64,000 nucleotides of DNA from the sequence record OM337876.1, one strand, 5' to 3'. A program made the position numbers and the translations under genes. Within the stretch, counting starts at the first letter, position 1. Every line of letters starts with the position of its first letter. This document shows positions 40,880-49,611 of this stretch, piece after piece. Origin of the DNA: Klebsiella phage KP182. The notes under the pieces are model-generated. The model ran no database searches, was not told the DNA's origin, and saw nothing but the letters and a program-made list of their open reading frames with translations.

Positions 40880-42160
40880 ATGGCTAAAATCAACGAACTT
40901 CTGCGCGAGTCAACTACAACGAGTAGCAACTTAATTGGTCGCCCTAATCTCGTTGCATTAACGCGCGCAACTACTAAATTAATCTATACCGATCTTGTTG
41001 CTACACAGCGTACTAAACAGCCTGTAGCAGCACTGTATGGTATTAAATATCTTAACCCTAATGGTGACCTGACGTTTAATACAGGTGCAACTTATGCAGG
41101 TCAAATCGGGGCGCCAGAACGTGAGTCAATTGAAGAACTCACTATGGCAAATAAAGACTCATTCAATAAAGACGATATGTTCAAATATCAGAATGTGGTC
41201 TTTAAAGTACTTAAAGATAGCCCGTTTACCGATACAGCAGAAACCGATGAATTTGGACTTGTATCTGAAGCGGTAGCAGCTAATAATATTCGTATGTTGT
41301 CAGATGCTGCAGTCACTGAAAAATTTGAAGGACCTGATTCAGACCCAATCACCGAAGCCAGTTTTAAAATTGATAAATGGCAGACCCAGGTTAAATCACG
41401 TAAGCTTAAAACAGATTTAACGGTAGAATTAGCTCAAGATTTAGAAGCTAACGGGTTCGATGCTCCAGAGCTTATTGATGATTTACTTGCTACTGAAATG
41501 GCAGAAGACATTAATAAAGACATCTTACAATCATTGATTACGGTTTCTTCTCGGTTTAAAGTAGCTGGTGTATCCGATAAGGGTGTATTAGATTTAACTA
41601 AACAAGATTCTGCTCCGGAACAAGGTCGTACTCTGTACCGTTTCATTTGTGAAATGAATTCAGCAGTTCAACGTAATACTTCTTATTCTGGTACTTATGC
41701 AGTAGCATCTACTCGTTGTGCTGCGGTGCTGGCAGCTTCCGGTTGGTTAACACAGAAGAATGATGGCACTATTCCGGACAACGCGTACGGTATGCTGAAT
41801 AACGGTTTACCTCTTTATTGTGATACTAACAGCCCAGTTGATTACGTTATTGTTGGTGTTAAGGCAGAATTTGGTGGGAAGGAAACTGTAGGTTCTTTAT
41901 TTTATGCGCCATATACCGAAGGCTTGGATTTAGACGACCCTGAGCATGTTGGTGCATTTAAAGTTATTGTTGACCCAGCTAGCTTGCAGCCTTCTGTTGC
42001 TTTACTGGTACGATATGCGCTGTCAGTTAACCCATATACTGTAGGATTGGACGAGGACGAAGCTCGTGTGATTAATGCTGCGGATATGGATAAGATGGCA
42101 GGAAGAAGTAAGATGTCTGTACTGCTCGGTGTTAAGTTACCTAAGCTTATTGCGGACTAA
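40880..42160 (+). CDS. 24: capsid vertex protein
   Basis: 426 aa; gp23 paralog fold position. Confidence 0.9.
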   Translation: MAKINELLRESTTTSSNLIGRPNLVALTRATTKLIYTDLVATQRTKQPVAALYGIKYLNPNGDLTFNTGATYAGQIGAPERESIEELTMANKDSFNKDDMFKYQNVVFKVLKDSPFTDTAETDEFGLVSEAVAANNIRMLSDAAVTEKFEGPDSDPITEASFKIDKWQTQVKSRKLKTDLTVELAQDLEANGFDAPELIDDLLATEMAEDINKDILQSLITVSSRFKVAGVSDKGVLDLTKQDSAPEQGRTLYRFICEMNSAVQRNTSYSGTYAVASTRCAAVLAASGWLTQKNDGTIPDNAYGMLNNGLPLYCDTNSPVDYVIVGVKAEFGGKETVGSLFYAPYTEGLDLDDPEHVGAFKVIVDPASLQPSVALLVRYALSVNPYTVGLDEDEARVINAADMDKMAGRSKMSVLLGVKLPKLIAD

Positions 42161-42166
42161 TTTACG

Positions 42167-42188
42167 GGGAGCTTCGGCTCCCCTTTTG
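42167..42188 (+). terminator. terminator GGGGAGC-ttcg-GCTCCCC + T4
   Basis: seen in sequence after gene 24. Confidence 0.65.
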
Positions 42189-42737
42189 CTATAAACTAAA
42201 TATGTCAAACCTCGAGGAGTATTCCTCCTCGAGGGATTTAAACACGTTCTTATCATAGAGGTTGACGCATTCTATTCCATGTCTACGGGCTATATCAACA
42301 GCTACTCTCGTCCCTCCAGATACACTCCCACATCTTTTTTCAGGCGCCCAATATAATACCTTATCTACAGGCTCAGTGCATTCTAGGCCCAATACCTGCA
42401 TAGAATTCCGTGCGAATAATGTCTGCACTATCTTCGAGCATTCATCCCAGTACGACGTAACTTCTCTCGCCTTAATGATGCTTTTGATTTTGGCTTCGTT
42501 TGATAATTCAGACCATACAACAACACCTGTATCAGGAAAGTGGCCACAAAAGCCAGAGTAAGGAATAATCCTACAAGAATTTGACCTATCGTATTTTGCC
42601 AACCACGCTTCATCTGAACCCGGAGCTCCACCTGAATATGAAAAATGCCCCTCTTCCGAGAGGCGTTGACCTATTATAGTCATTAGACTCAGAACTCTGC
42701 GTGGCGCTTCTCTTGAACCAATCAGCGCCAGCCTCAT
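42189..42737 (-). CDS. DprA/Smf-like Rossmann-fold (SLOG-type) protein
   Basis: ALIGSREAPRRV...YSGGAPGSDEAWLAKYD...FARNSMQVLG...VSGGTRVAVDIARRHG aligns with the DprA core (GxxGxDxxAH, FP.RNR, SGsLiTA); translationally coupled to rnlB. Confidence 0.55.
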   Translation of the reverse strand: MRLALIGSREAPRRVLSLMTIIGQRLSEEGHFSYSGGAPGSDEAWLAKYDRSNSCRIIPYSGFCGHFPDTGVVVWSELSNEAKIKSIIKAREVTSYWDECSKIVQTLFARNSMQVLGLECTEPVDKVLYWAPEKRCGSVSGGTRVAVDIARRHGIECVNLYDKNVFKSLEEEYSSRFDIFSL

Positions 42738-43744
42738 TATTCTAAAACCTCATGCCATTTACTACGAATAGTGTTTTGAATTAAAATAGTCAGTTCTTTC
42801 TTAACTGCAGAAGGATTATCAGCGAATAACATATCGTGACCTTCACGAGCTGCTTCGTTAATGATATCTTTCATAGTCAGTCCCATAACACGACCGAAAT
42901 CTTTAGCAGTTACAGTACCAATATGAGACAGAACGTTACTTACACGGTTCCAGGTTACATACTCGGAAAAGATTTCCAGAACACGCTTATCAGTATCAGT
43001 GAGTTCAACCTTAGCTTTAATAGGCTTATCAGATTTAGCTTTCTCGCTGAACTTAGAATTCTTGCACTTAATAGCTACACGGGTACCGTTATTAAAGAAT
43101 TTAGGATTAACCGGTTTAAGAACATAGCCTTCAGCTACACCGGTTTCAGAAGAAGCCTGTGGACCGAACACATGTTTATTTGCATGTTCAAGGTCAGTCG
43201 TGTCAACAAGTTCATTGTAGTAATTGACAATAGATTTAAAGTCATTTACATACTGAGATAATTCAGCGAATGAACCACGACCAAGCAGTGGAGCTAATTT
43301 AAGACCAAGACCAGTAGCAAACGATTCTACTACATAATCGTCCCAATAAACTTTTTCATTACCGGAGTCCGACAGGATATCAAACACGTAGAAATCTTTC
43401 ACACCATAATCTACGCCTTTCTGAATACCGCCGCCAGCAAATTCGCCAAAGATTTGAACAGATACTAAATCCATGGCATTTAGCATGTTCTGCATCTTAA
43501 CGAAAGAATCCTTGTACTTCTTCATGATAATCTCATGACCAAAGAAGCTTTCACCTTCTAAAATAGGACCAGTACGCTTAGCCGGAACAATTTCGGTAGG
43601 GGTAATAATCACACTGAAGTTAGTGCCATGAATCTTCTCACGAGCTACCCACTCAACAGTATGCATATCAAAACCAGCACCACGAATTTTCTCGATGAAC
43701 TTATTGTTGTAATGGTTCTCGAGACTAGAATATTTTGCAAACAT
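42737..43744 (-). CDS. rnlB: RNA ligase 2
   Basis: nucleotidyltransferase motif I KIHGTN near N-terminus; 335 aa; position after gene 24 as in T4. Confidence 0.8.
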   Translation of the reverse strand: MFAKYSSLENHYNNKFIEKIRGAGFDMHTVEWVAREKIHGTNFSVIITPTEIVPAKRTGPILEGESFFGHEIIMKKYKDSFVKMQNMLNAMDLVSVQIFGEFAGGGIQKGVDYGVKDFYVFDILSDSGNEKVYWDDYVVESFATGLGLKLAPLLGRGSFAELSQYVNDFKSIVNYYNELVDTTDLEHANKHVFGPQASSETGVAEGYVLKPVNPKFFNNGTRVAIKCKNSKFSEKAKSDKPIKAKVELTDTDKRVLEIFSEYVTWNRVSNVLSHIGTVTAKDFGRVMGLTMKDIINEAAREGHDMLFADNPSAVKKELTILIQNTIRSKWHEVLE

Positions 43745-43753
43745 TATATTTCC

Positions 43754-44011
43754 TTAGAATGTGATTTTCATAAAGTCAGTATCACCATTACGCTGGGCAC
43801 TGGTATAATTTGTAACAAATCCTTCATCATGCAAATAATTAAGAACACTTGTAATATGTTTCTTAACTAGACTGCTAGGATACATAATTAGCTCACGCTT
43901 ACCCGCTAAAGCGGTTTTCTCAATTTGAGTTAATACTTCTTCTTTTGCTGCACTCAATTCTTCTGTAGCAACATTAATAGCTGTATTAGCCATTCTATCG
44001 GCAAGGTTCAT
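43754..44011 (-). CDS. hypothetical protein (24.2/24.3 region)
   Basis: 85 aa ORF. Confidence 0.4.
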   Translation of the reverse strand: MNLADRMANTAINVATEELSAAKEEVLTQIEKTALAGKRELIMYPSSLVKKHITSVLNYLHDEGFVTNYTSAQRNGDTDFMKITF

Positions 44012-44094
44012 AATTTTTCTCTCAATAAATAATATAAAACCAGGAGTCTATCTATCCTGGGCAAGGGTAATGGTATTAGAGAATTTCCCCTGAG

Positions 44095-44126
44095 CCCATT
44101 ATACCACGTCCAAACTTAAAGCAATT
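44095..44126 (-). promoter_or_regulatory. T4 middle-promoter-like element: MotA box TTGCTTTA plus extended -10 TGgTATAAT
   Basis: minus strand reads aaTTGCTTTAagtttggacgTGGTATAATggg; spacing 12 nt. Confidence 0.45.
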
Positions 44127-44454
44127 AATATCCGCTCGGCACGAAGCGGTACACCAGATGGCCGTGTTTATTTCGCATGATTTCAAATTGACTTTTGCTT
44201 CCAACTTCCAATACTAATGGAATATCTTTATCCATCAGCATCCAATCAATTTTTCCATACCGTTCATTAATCAAATCCGTTATTTTACGTGCACCACTTT
44301 TATAGTAGTAAGAACTCTGAACAGCCATCATTTTACTAACAAATTTAGATGCAAACAACCAGACATTTACCCCATTAGCAGCTGGCGTAAATTTCTTAGA
44401 AAGCATTTCTTCAAATCGTTCTACTACAATTGGGTCTGCTTTAGGCATTTTCAT
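44125..44454 (-). CDS. hypothetical protein (24.2/24.3 region)
   Basis: 109 aa ORF, ATGA overlap. Confidence 0.4.
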   Translation of the reverse strand: MKMPKADPIVVERFEEMLSKKFTPAANGVNVWLFASKFVSKMMAVQSSYYYKSGARKITDLINERYGKIDWMLMDKDIPLVLEVGSKSQFEIMRNKHGHLVYRFVPSGY

Positions 44455-44678
44455 AATAACCTCATATGTTTAACAAGTTTCTTATGACGAGATTTTATAC
44501 CAACGTTTGTTAAGCGTTTCCGATATACGACTTTTTCTTTTTGCTTAAACCGTTCGTGTGCTTTCTCAACTGAGACCCACAATTTAGCAGCTTCCGCTGG
44601 AGTGATATCTAATGCTCTCGCAATTTCTTGAAAATCTTTACCGCTTTCATGCATTAAGTGAGCTTGTAGTGCTTTCAT
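44451..44678 (-). CDS. small helix-turn-helix protein (sigma region-4-like)
   Basis: SGKDFQEIARALDITPAEAAKLW HTH; GAGG Shine-Dalgarno 6 nt upstream of this ATG; longer ORF version would overlap hoc and its terminator. Confidence 0.4.
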   Translation of the reverse strand: MKALQAHLMHESGKDFQEIARALDITPAEAAKLWVSVEKAHERFKQKEKVVYRKRLTNVGIKSRHKKLVKHMRLL

Positions 44679-44729
44679 AATAACCTCATCTATGTGACGA
44701 GGACATAATAAACCAATCCGTGAATAGCA

Positions 44730-44752
44730 AAAAAGGGAGCCCGAAGGCTCCC
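44730..44752 (-). terminator. terminator GGGAGCC-ttcg-GGCTCCC + T5 on minus strand (after hoc)
   Basis: seen in sequence. Confidence 0.6.
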
Positions 44753-44757
44753 GAATA

Positions 44758-45882
44758 TTAAGGATAGATAATACCTGCTTCCAGCGCAGTACGATGAACA
44801 ATGTATCCATTTCTAGATTCTTGTACATCGACTTCTGGATAATCATCTAGCATTTTAGCCAGAGTATACCGGTGCAGGTAATAATCGCTGTCAGGGTCGT
44901 CGAGTTTCCAATCTTTGCCCTCAACAGTCATTCGCTGGATTTCATCCATTACCCACCAACCACACCAGATATAAGCTGTTCCACGGAATGGTAAAGGATG
45001 AATATATGGAAGTTCTCCGTCTGGCTCAGGGGCTACTCTTTTGGTAATAGTTACATTACCAGTTTTAGTGACTGTAACCGGAGTGTAATCTTCTGCGGAA
45101 ACATCAACAGAAACACCAATCACTTGAGACCCTATATCAGACGTGTCAATCACTAAAGTGCTAGTAGAACCTTCTACAGGAGAACCGTCTTTAGTCCAAG
45201 AATAAACCCCAGTTGCACCTTCCGGAGCACCGATAACGTTGGCTTTAAAAGATGCCTCAGAACCCTGTTCGGTCGTAATAGACTCAGGAGTCAAAGTAAC
45301 TGAAACACCACTCATAGTCTTTTTGGTAAAAGCAACAGCAATACCTTTAGTTGCAGTTCCATTATTATAGTCTGGAGCAGAAACCGTTACTTCACAATTC
45401 AACGTGTAGCTAGTTTCTGCTGATTCAGTTAAGGTAATTGTTTTACCAGTTTGACCGGAAATAACAGCAGAGCCACGCTTCCAAACATAAGCAATACTTG
45501 CTCCTGACGGCGCTCCAGTAACATTAGCTGTTACTACTTGAGATTGTCCAATTTCTTTAGAAACAGAGGTCGGGCTCAAAGCTAAAGTAATCGCAGGCAT
45601 AGTTTTGTTCTTAACTGTCAGGGTAGTTTCTGCTTCAGCCGTTTCAGGCGCGCCTTCAGCCGGAGTAACAGTAGCAACTACTTTAACAGTCTTACTGCCG
45701 GCAGGTCCTGCAGCAACATAATTCATAGCTGCGGTGACAGAAGATTGTTTTACGCCATTTACTGTCCATACAAACGTTTCTGTGCCTTCAGCTGCGGCTC
45801 CAGAAGTTGTTGCAGTAAAATTGGTTGTTGCTCCAATGACTGCCGAAGCAGCCAAAGGAGCAATAGATACACTATAAGCCAT
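44758..45882 (-). CDS. hoc: highly immunogenic outer capsid protein (Ig-like domains)
   Basis: 374 aa of repeated Ig-like (Big_2-type) segments rich in T/S/V/A; T4 position. Confidence 0.7.
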   Translation of the reverse strand: MAYSVSIAPLAASAVIGATTNFTATTSGAAAEGTETFVWTVNGVKQSSVTAAMNYVAAGPAGSKTVKVVATVTPAEGAPETAEAETTLTVKNKTMPAITLALSPTSVSKEIGQSQVVTANVTGAPSGASIAYVWKRGSAVISGQTGKTITLTESAETSYTLNCEVTVSAPDYNNGTATKGIAVAFTKKTMSGVSVTLTPESITTEQGSEASFKANVIGAPEGATGVYSWTKDGSPVEGSTSTLVIDTSDIGSQVIGVSVDVSAEDYTPVTVTKTGNVTITKRVAPEPDGELPYIHPLPFRGTAYIWCGWWVMDEIQRMTVEGKDWKLDDPDSDYYLHRYTLAKMLDDYPEVDVQESRNGYIVHRTALEAGIIYP

Positions 45883-45891
45883 AGGTGTTCC

Positions 45892-46686
45892 TTATTTTAA
45901 AGTTACAAATGAAGAATTACGTGTTTCACGAATCATAACAGACCCGTTTCTTTTGATGTAATAGATTAAACTAAACAGTGTCTGGTGTGCTGATGGGTGT
46001 TCAAACGACGTTGGCCGAGATTTCCAATCTGGGTTATCTTTAATCCATTGGTAAATCCACCATGGAAGAGTAATATATCCTGGGTTCTTACCTAGCAATT
46101 GCATATTTGGACTAAAGTTTTCAGGAAGCTCAATGATTTCGTCTGTTTTAATAATTTTAACTACTTTGTCCATTGCTTTGGAGAATTCTTCAGGGTCCGT
46201 GATACTAACCGGAATATTGGTAACTTGTCCTTCATCATCTATATGAATAACGCTGTCTCCAATAGGAGCTTCAGCATAAAATCCTTTATCATTGATAGAA
46301 GGTGTTTTTACTTCAAACCCTGGGTCATTTACCTTAGGGGTTTCTTTATAGAAACCTGGGTCAATATCATGAATTTTAATACCAACATTAACTGGAGCGT
46401 CAAACAGTAGTTTTGCCTCATCAGACGCTTCATCTTTAAATACTGCTTTACCCTCAATTTCATCATCTGCTTGAATTAAATCAGCAATTGACAGCCCATC
46501 ATTATCTTCTGGCATAGGCTCATCAGCCAATTTAGCCAGTTCTTTTTCTAAGTCAGCAACCATATTGTCAAATGAACGGGTCTTTTTCAGTTTAATACCG
46601 AAAGTTTGGGCATACCCGTCGAGCTTGTCTTTAGCTTCTTTTTTATCGAGTGCCTGAATTTCTTTGATATAGTCTTTATCTAGCAT
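45892..46686 (-). CDS. inh-like protein (position of T4 prohead-protease inhibitor) with tandem 11-12 aa repeats
   Basis: position between hoc and uvsW; late promoter + SD upstream of ATG 46686; repeats DPGFYKETPKVN/DPGFEVKTPSIN/DKGFYAEAPIGD. Confidence 0.4.
   Translation of the reverse strand: MLDKDYIKEIQALDKKEAKDKLDGYAQTFGIKLKKTRSFDNMVADLEKELAKLADEPMPEDNDGLSIADLIQADDEIEGKAVFKDEASDEAKLLFDAPVNVGIKIHDIDPGFYKETPKVNDPGFEVKTPSINDKGFYAEAPIGDSVIHIDDEGQVTNIPVSITDPEEFSKAMDKVVKIIKTDEIIELPENFSPNMQLLGKNPGYITLPWWIYQWIKDNPDWKSRPTSFEHPSAHQTLFSLIYYIKRNGSVMIRETRNSSFVTLK
46283..46388 (-). repeat. three tandem ~33-36 nt coding repeats inside the inh-like gene
   Basis: repeated gggtca..ttac/atatc units on plus strand; peptide repeats above. 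Confidence 0.45.
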
Positions 46687-46706
46687 TAGTTGTGCCTCGT
46701 GTGATG

Positions 46707-46714
46707 TATAAATA
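46707..46714 (+). promoter_or_regulatory. late promoter TATAAATA for uvsW
   Basis: exact motif; overlaps the ORF-track ATG at 46714, so translation more likely starts at GTG 46744 after a GAGG Shine-Dalgarno. Confidence 0.5.
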
Positions 46715-46720
46715 TGTTTG

Positions 46721-46728
46721 TATTTATA
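46721..46728 (-). promoter_or_regulatory. late promoter TATAAATA (minus strand) for inh-like/hoc operon
   Basis: reverse complement of tatttata; divergent from the uvsW promoter 7 nt away. Confidence 0.5.
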
Positions 46729-46743
46729 ACTGAGGATAGTACA

Positions 46744-48246
46744 GTGCACGACATCCAAGTCAAATTTAAAGATTTTAGTCATGTTCATATTGAGTGTGAT
46801 GACTCGATTTTCTATGAACTCAGAGACTATTTTAGCTTCGAAGCCGATGGATACAGATTCAACCCGAAATATCGCTATGGACATTGGGATGGACGAATTC
46901 GTCTGCTAGATTATAATCGTCTCTTACCGTTTGGTCTTGTTGGCCAAATCAGAAAATTCGCTGACCAATTCGGATATAAGGTTTATTTCGATCCAGCTAT
47001 ATTCGAGCAAGAAACTCTTTCGCGGGAGGATTTTGATAATTGGTTGTCAACTAAAGAAATTTATTCAGGATTAACTAAGATTGAACCTCACTGGTATCAG
47101 AAAGATGCTGTATATGAAGGTCTAGTTAATCGACGTAGAATTCTTAATCTTCCAACATCTGCTGGTAAGTCTCTTATCCAGGCATTACTTGCTCGATATT
47201 ATGTAGAAAATTACGAAGGCAAGGTTCTTATCATCGTTCCTACCACAGCGTTAGTTGACCAGATGATTGATGATTTTTGTGATTATCGTTTATTTCCTCG
47301 CAATGCTATGCTGGGTATTCGAGGTGGTACTGCTCGTGATTCGAATGCATTAGTTTATGTATCTACCTGGCAGACCGCTGTTAAGCAGCCTAAAGAATGG
47401 TTTTCTCAATTCGGCATGATGATGAATGATGAATGTCATCTTGCAACAGGAAAGTCAATTTCAACAATCATTGCAGGTCTCACCAATTGCATGTTTAAGT
47501 ACGGACTGTCTGGTTCTCTTAAAGACGGCAAAGCTAATATCATGCAATATGTTGGTATGTTTGGTGAAATCTTCCGTCCAGTATCAACTTCTAAGTTAAT
47601 GGAAGATGGACAAGTAACTGAGCTTAAAATTAATACAATCTTCTTAAGATACCCAGATGCAGCCGCAAACGCTTTAAAAGGCAAAACGTATCAAGAAGAA
47701 ATTAAATTCATCACCAATGTTAAGAAAAGAAATCGTTGGATTGCTAATCTTGCTACTAAACTTGCAGCGCGTGACGAAAATGCCTTTGTGATGTTTAAAC
47801 ATGTAGCTCATGGTAAAGAGCTGTTCGAGATGATTAAAGCTGCGGGTCATGAGCATGTATATTATGTGTCAGGCGAAGTTAATACCGAAACACGTAATGC
47901 TTTAAAGGCTATGGCAGAAAACGGAAAGGGAATTATTATCGTCGCAAGCTACGGTGTATTTTCTACAGGTATTTCTGTTAAAAACCTGCATCATGTAATT
48001 TTAGCCCATCCAGTTAAATCGAAGATTATCGTACTCCAAACTATTGGTCGTGTTCTTCGTAAGCATAAAGATAAATCTTTGGCTACAGTGTGGGATATCA
48101 TTGATGACCTGGGCGTAAAGCCGAAGTCAGCCAATGCTAAAAAGAAATACACACATTTAAACTATTGCTTAAAACATGCATTAGAGCGTATTCAACGATA
48201 TGCTGATGAAAAATTTAACTACGTAATGAAAACGGTAAATCTATGA
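46744..48246 (+). CDS. uvsW: UvsW helicase
   Basis: helicase motif I LPTSAGKS, motif II DECH; about 500 aa; GTG start inferred. Confidence 0.8.
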   Translation: MHDIQVKFKDFSHVHIECDDSIFYELRDYFSFEADGYRFNPKYRYGHWDGRIRLLDYNRLLPFGLVGQIRKFADQFGYKVYFDPAIFEQETLSREDFDNWLSTKEIYSGLTKIEPHWYQKDAVYEGLVNRRRILNLPTSAGKSLIQALLARYYVENYEGKVLIIVPTTALVDQMIDDFCDYRLFPRNAMLGIRGGTARDSNALVYVSTWQTAVKQPKEWFSQFGMMMNDECHLATGKSISTIIAGLTNCMFKYGLSGSLKDGKANIMQYVGMFGEIFRPVSTSKLMEDGQVTELKINTIFLRYPDAAANALKGKTYQEEIKFITNVKKRNRWIANLATKLAARDENAFVMFKHVAHGKELFEMIKAAGHEHVYYVSGEVNTETRNALKAMAENGKGIIIVASYGVFSTGISVKNLHHVILAHPVKSKIIVLQTIGRVLRKHKDKSLATVWDIIDDLGVKPKSANAKKKYTHLNYCLKHALERIQRYADEKFNYVMKTVNL

Positions 48247-48485
48247 TTAAATTTGAAGATATTTACGAAGCCACAATTCGTGAGGCTACTATCGATAACT
48301 TCATGAGTAAAATTAATGCTTGCCAAACCTTAGATGGTCTGAAAGAACTCGAGAAGTATTACGATAAGCGCTCTAAAGAAACTACTCTTGCTGATTCTGA
48401 TGACATCATTGTGCGGGATGCTTTGGCGGGGCGTAGACAGGCTCTTGAAGCTGATTCTGAAGATGACGAAGACGAAGACTTCTGA
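48243..48485 (+). CDS. uvsW.1: UvsW.1 small acidic protein
   Basis: 80 aa with acidic C-terminus directly after uvsW (ATGA overlap). Confidence 0.55.
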   Translation: MIKFEDIYEATIREATIDNFMSKINACQTLDGLKELEKYYDKRSKETTLADSDDIIVRDALAGRRQALEADSEDDEDEDF

Positions 48486-48488
48486 TAT

Positions 48489-48516
48489 AAAAAAGCCCCA
48501 ACCGAAAGGAAGGGGC
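48489..48516 (-). terminator. hairpin GCCCC(12-nt loop)GGGGC followed by T6 on minus strand
   Basis: seen in sequence. Confidence 0.4.
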
Positions 48517-48544
48517 AAAGCCAATTGGCTACATCAACACTAGA

Positions 48545-48712
48545 CTAAATTAAAAGCTGCGTTTCTTGTAATTGCTCTTCTGTGTCTTCAGTGACAGGCA
48601 ATTCAATCGCATAATTATAGCAAGCTCCGGGATGAACCGGGCCTTTGTCTGTTTGGACAACCAATGCTTCATCGATTGGTCCTTTACAGACGACACATAC
48701 CGTATTCGACAT
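48545..48712 (-). CDS. uvsY.-2-like zinc-ribbon protein (55 aa)
   Basis: own translation MSNTVCVVCKGPIDEALVVQTDKGPVHPGACYNYA...; CxxC...HxxxC; below ORF-track cutoff. Confidence 0.4.
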   Translation of the reverse strand: MSNTVCVVCKGPIDEALVVQTDKGPVHPGACYNYAIELPVTEDTEEQLQETQLLI

Positions 48713-48742
48713 GATTGTCTCCTTAGTTTACAAGTTTATTTA

Positions 48743-49159
48743 TTACGCGCCAGCTTCAAACTGACGAAGGTCAATAATGTGCTTAATGCTAAAACCTCGT
48801 GACTTGATAGCATCCATTGCATCGCTACAGAACTCCAAAAGAATTCCCCAATATTGCAATTTAGTATCTACACCCAAGATTTCTTTATCAGCGCTTAAAA
48901 CAGTTTTCATTTCTGATTTTTCATATACATCCATGCATACTTCACCACCAACCTCTCCACGGCCAGTGTAATAATCCAATCGTGCTTTAAGATTTTGCTT
49001 TTTGAGGGCATCTAATCTTAACATTTCTTTTCGGCAAGTCGAGTGCTTACGCACCCATTTCCCATACAGAACAGGGTTATTAGCCGCTTCATACTGTAAC
49101 TTGGTCTGGTCGATAATCAAATCATTATCTAATTCATCTTGTAATTCTTCTAATCTCAT
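48743..49159 (-). CDS. uvsY: UvsY recombination mediator
   Basis: 138 aa (I recall 137 aa for T4 UvsY); position. Confidence 0.8.
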   Translation of the reverse strand: MRLEELQDELDNDLIIDQTKLQYEAANNPVLYGKWVRKHSTCRKEMLRLDALKKQNLKARLDYYTGRGEVGGEVCMDVYEKSEMKTVLSADKEILGVDTKLQYWGILLEFCSDAMDAIKSRGFSIKHIIDLRQFEAGA

Positions 49160-49200
49160 TCTATCTCCACTCTACTGTTTCTTGGGAAGGACTAGTCCCA

Positions 49201-49611
49201 TTATACTCTACTGCTAGAGTTAGCATTACTACGCATCTGTATGCGTATACGTTCTAGCGTATCAGGGTCGTCTACTATAGAAAACTGCACAGTGACAATT
49301 ATAGCATTATCGTCATATAACGGAAGTACATCAACCGATAGACGATTAATCCTAGGCTCATAATTACGCACAGCAGAGACTATATTACGCTTTATCGTAT
49401 CACCAGTTAATGGAGTCATGTTTTCAAATAATTCGTTTGTGATATCACAACCAAACGCTGGGTCAAATGGCCGAGACCCCTTTCTTGTGGTTATTATTCC
49501 AAGAAGGCTATTTTTAACCGATCGTGCTCCTACCGTTTTTGATACATCAGTATCCCAAGCAAGTCGCATTTCTGGGTCAAGGTCAGAATATAGTTTATCA
49601 ATATTGCTCAT
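49201..49611 (-). CDS. 25: gp25 baseplate wedge (GPW/gp25 lysozyme-like fold)
   Basis: 136 aa; position. Confidence 0.8.
   Translation of the reverse strand: MSNIDKLYSDLDPEMRLAWDTDVSKTVGARSVKNSLLGIITTRKGSRPFDPAFGCDITNELFENMTPLTGDTIKRNIVSAVRNYEPRINRLSVDVLPLYDDNAIIVTVQFSIVDDPDTLERIRIQMRSNANSSSRV

Noticed and set aside
44451-44846. Long version (131 aa) of the HTH ORF
   Set aside because: Would read through hoc's terminator hairpin and overlap hoc by about 90 nt; internal ATG at 44678 has a proper SD, so the shorter CDS is preferred.
46714-46743. ATG 46714 as uvsW start
   Set aside because: The codon lies inside the TATAAATA late promoter, so late transcripts would begin downstream. An in-frame GTG with SD at 46744 fits better. 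Kept as an uncertainty.
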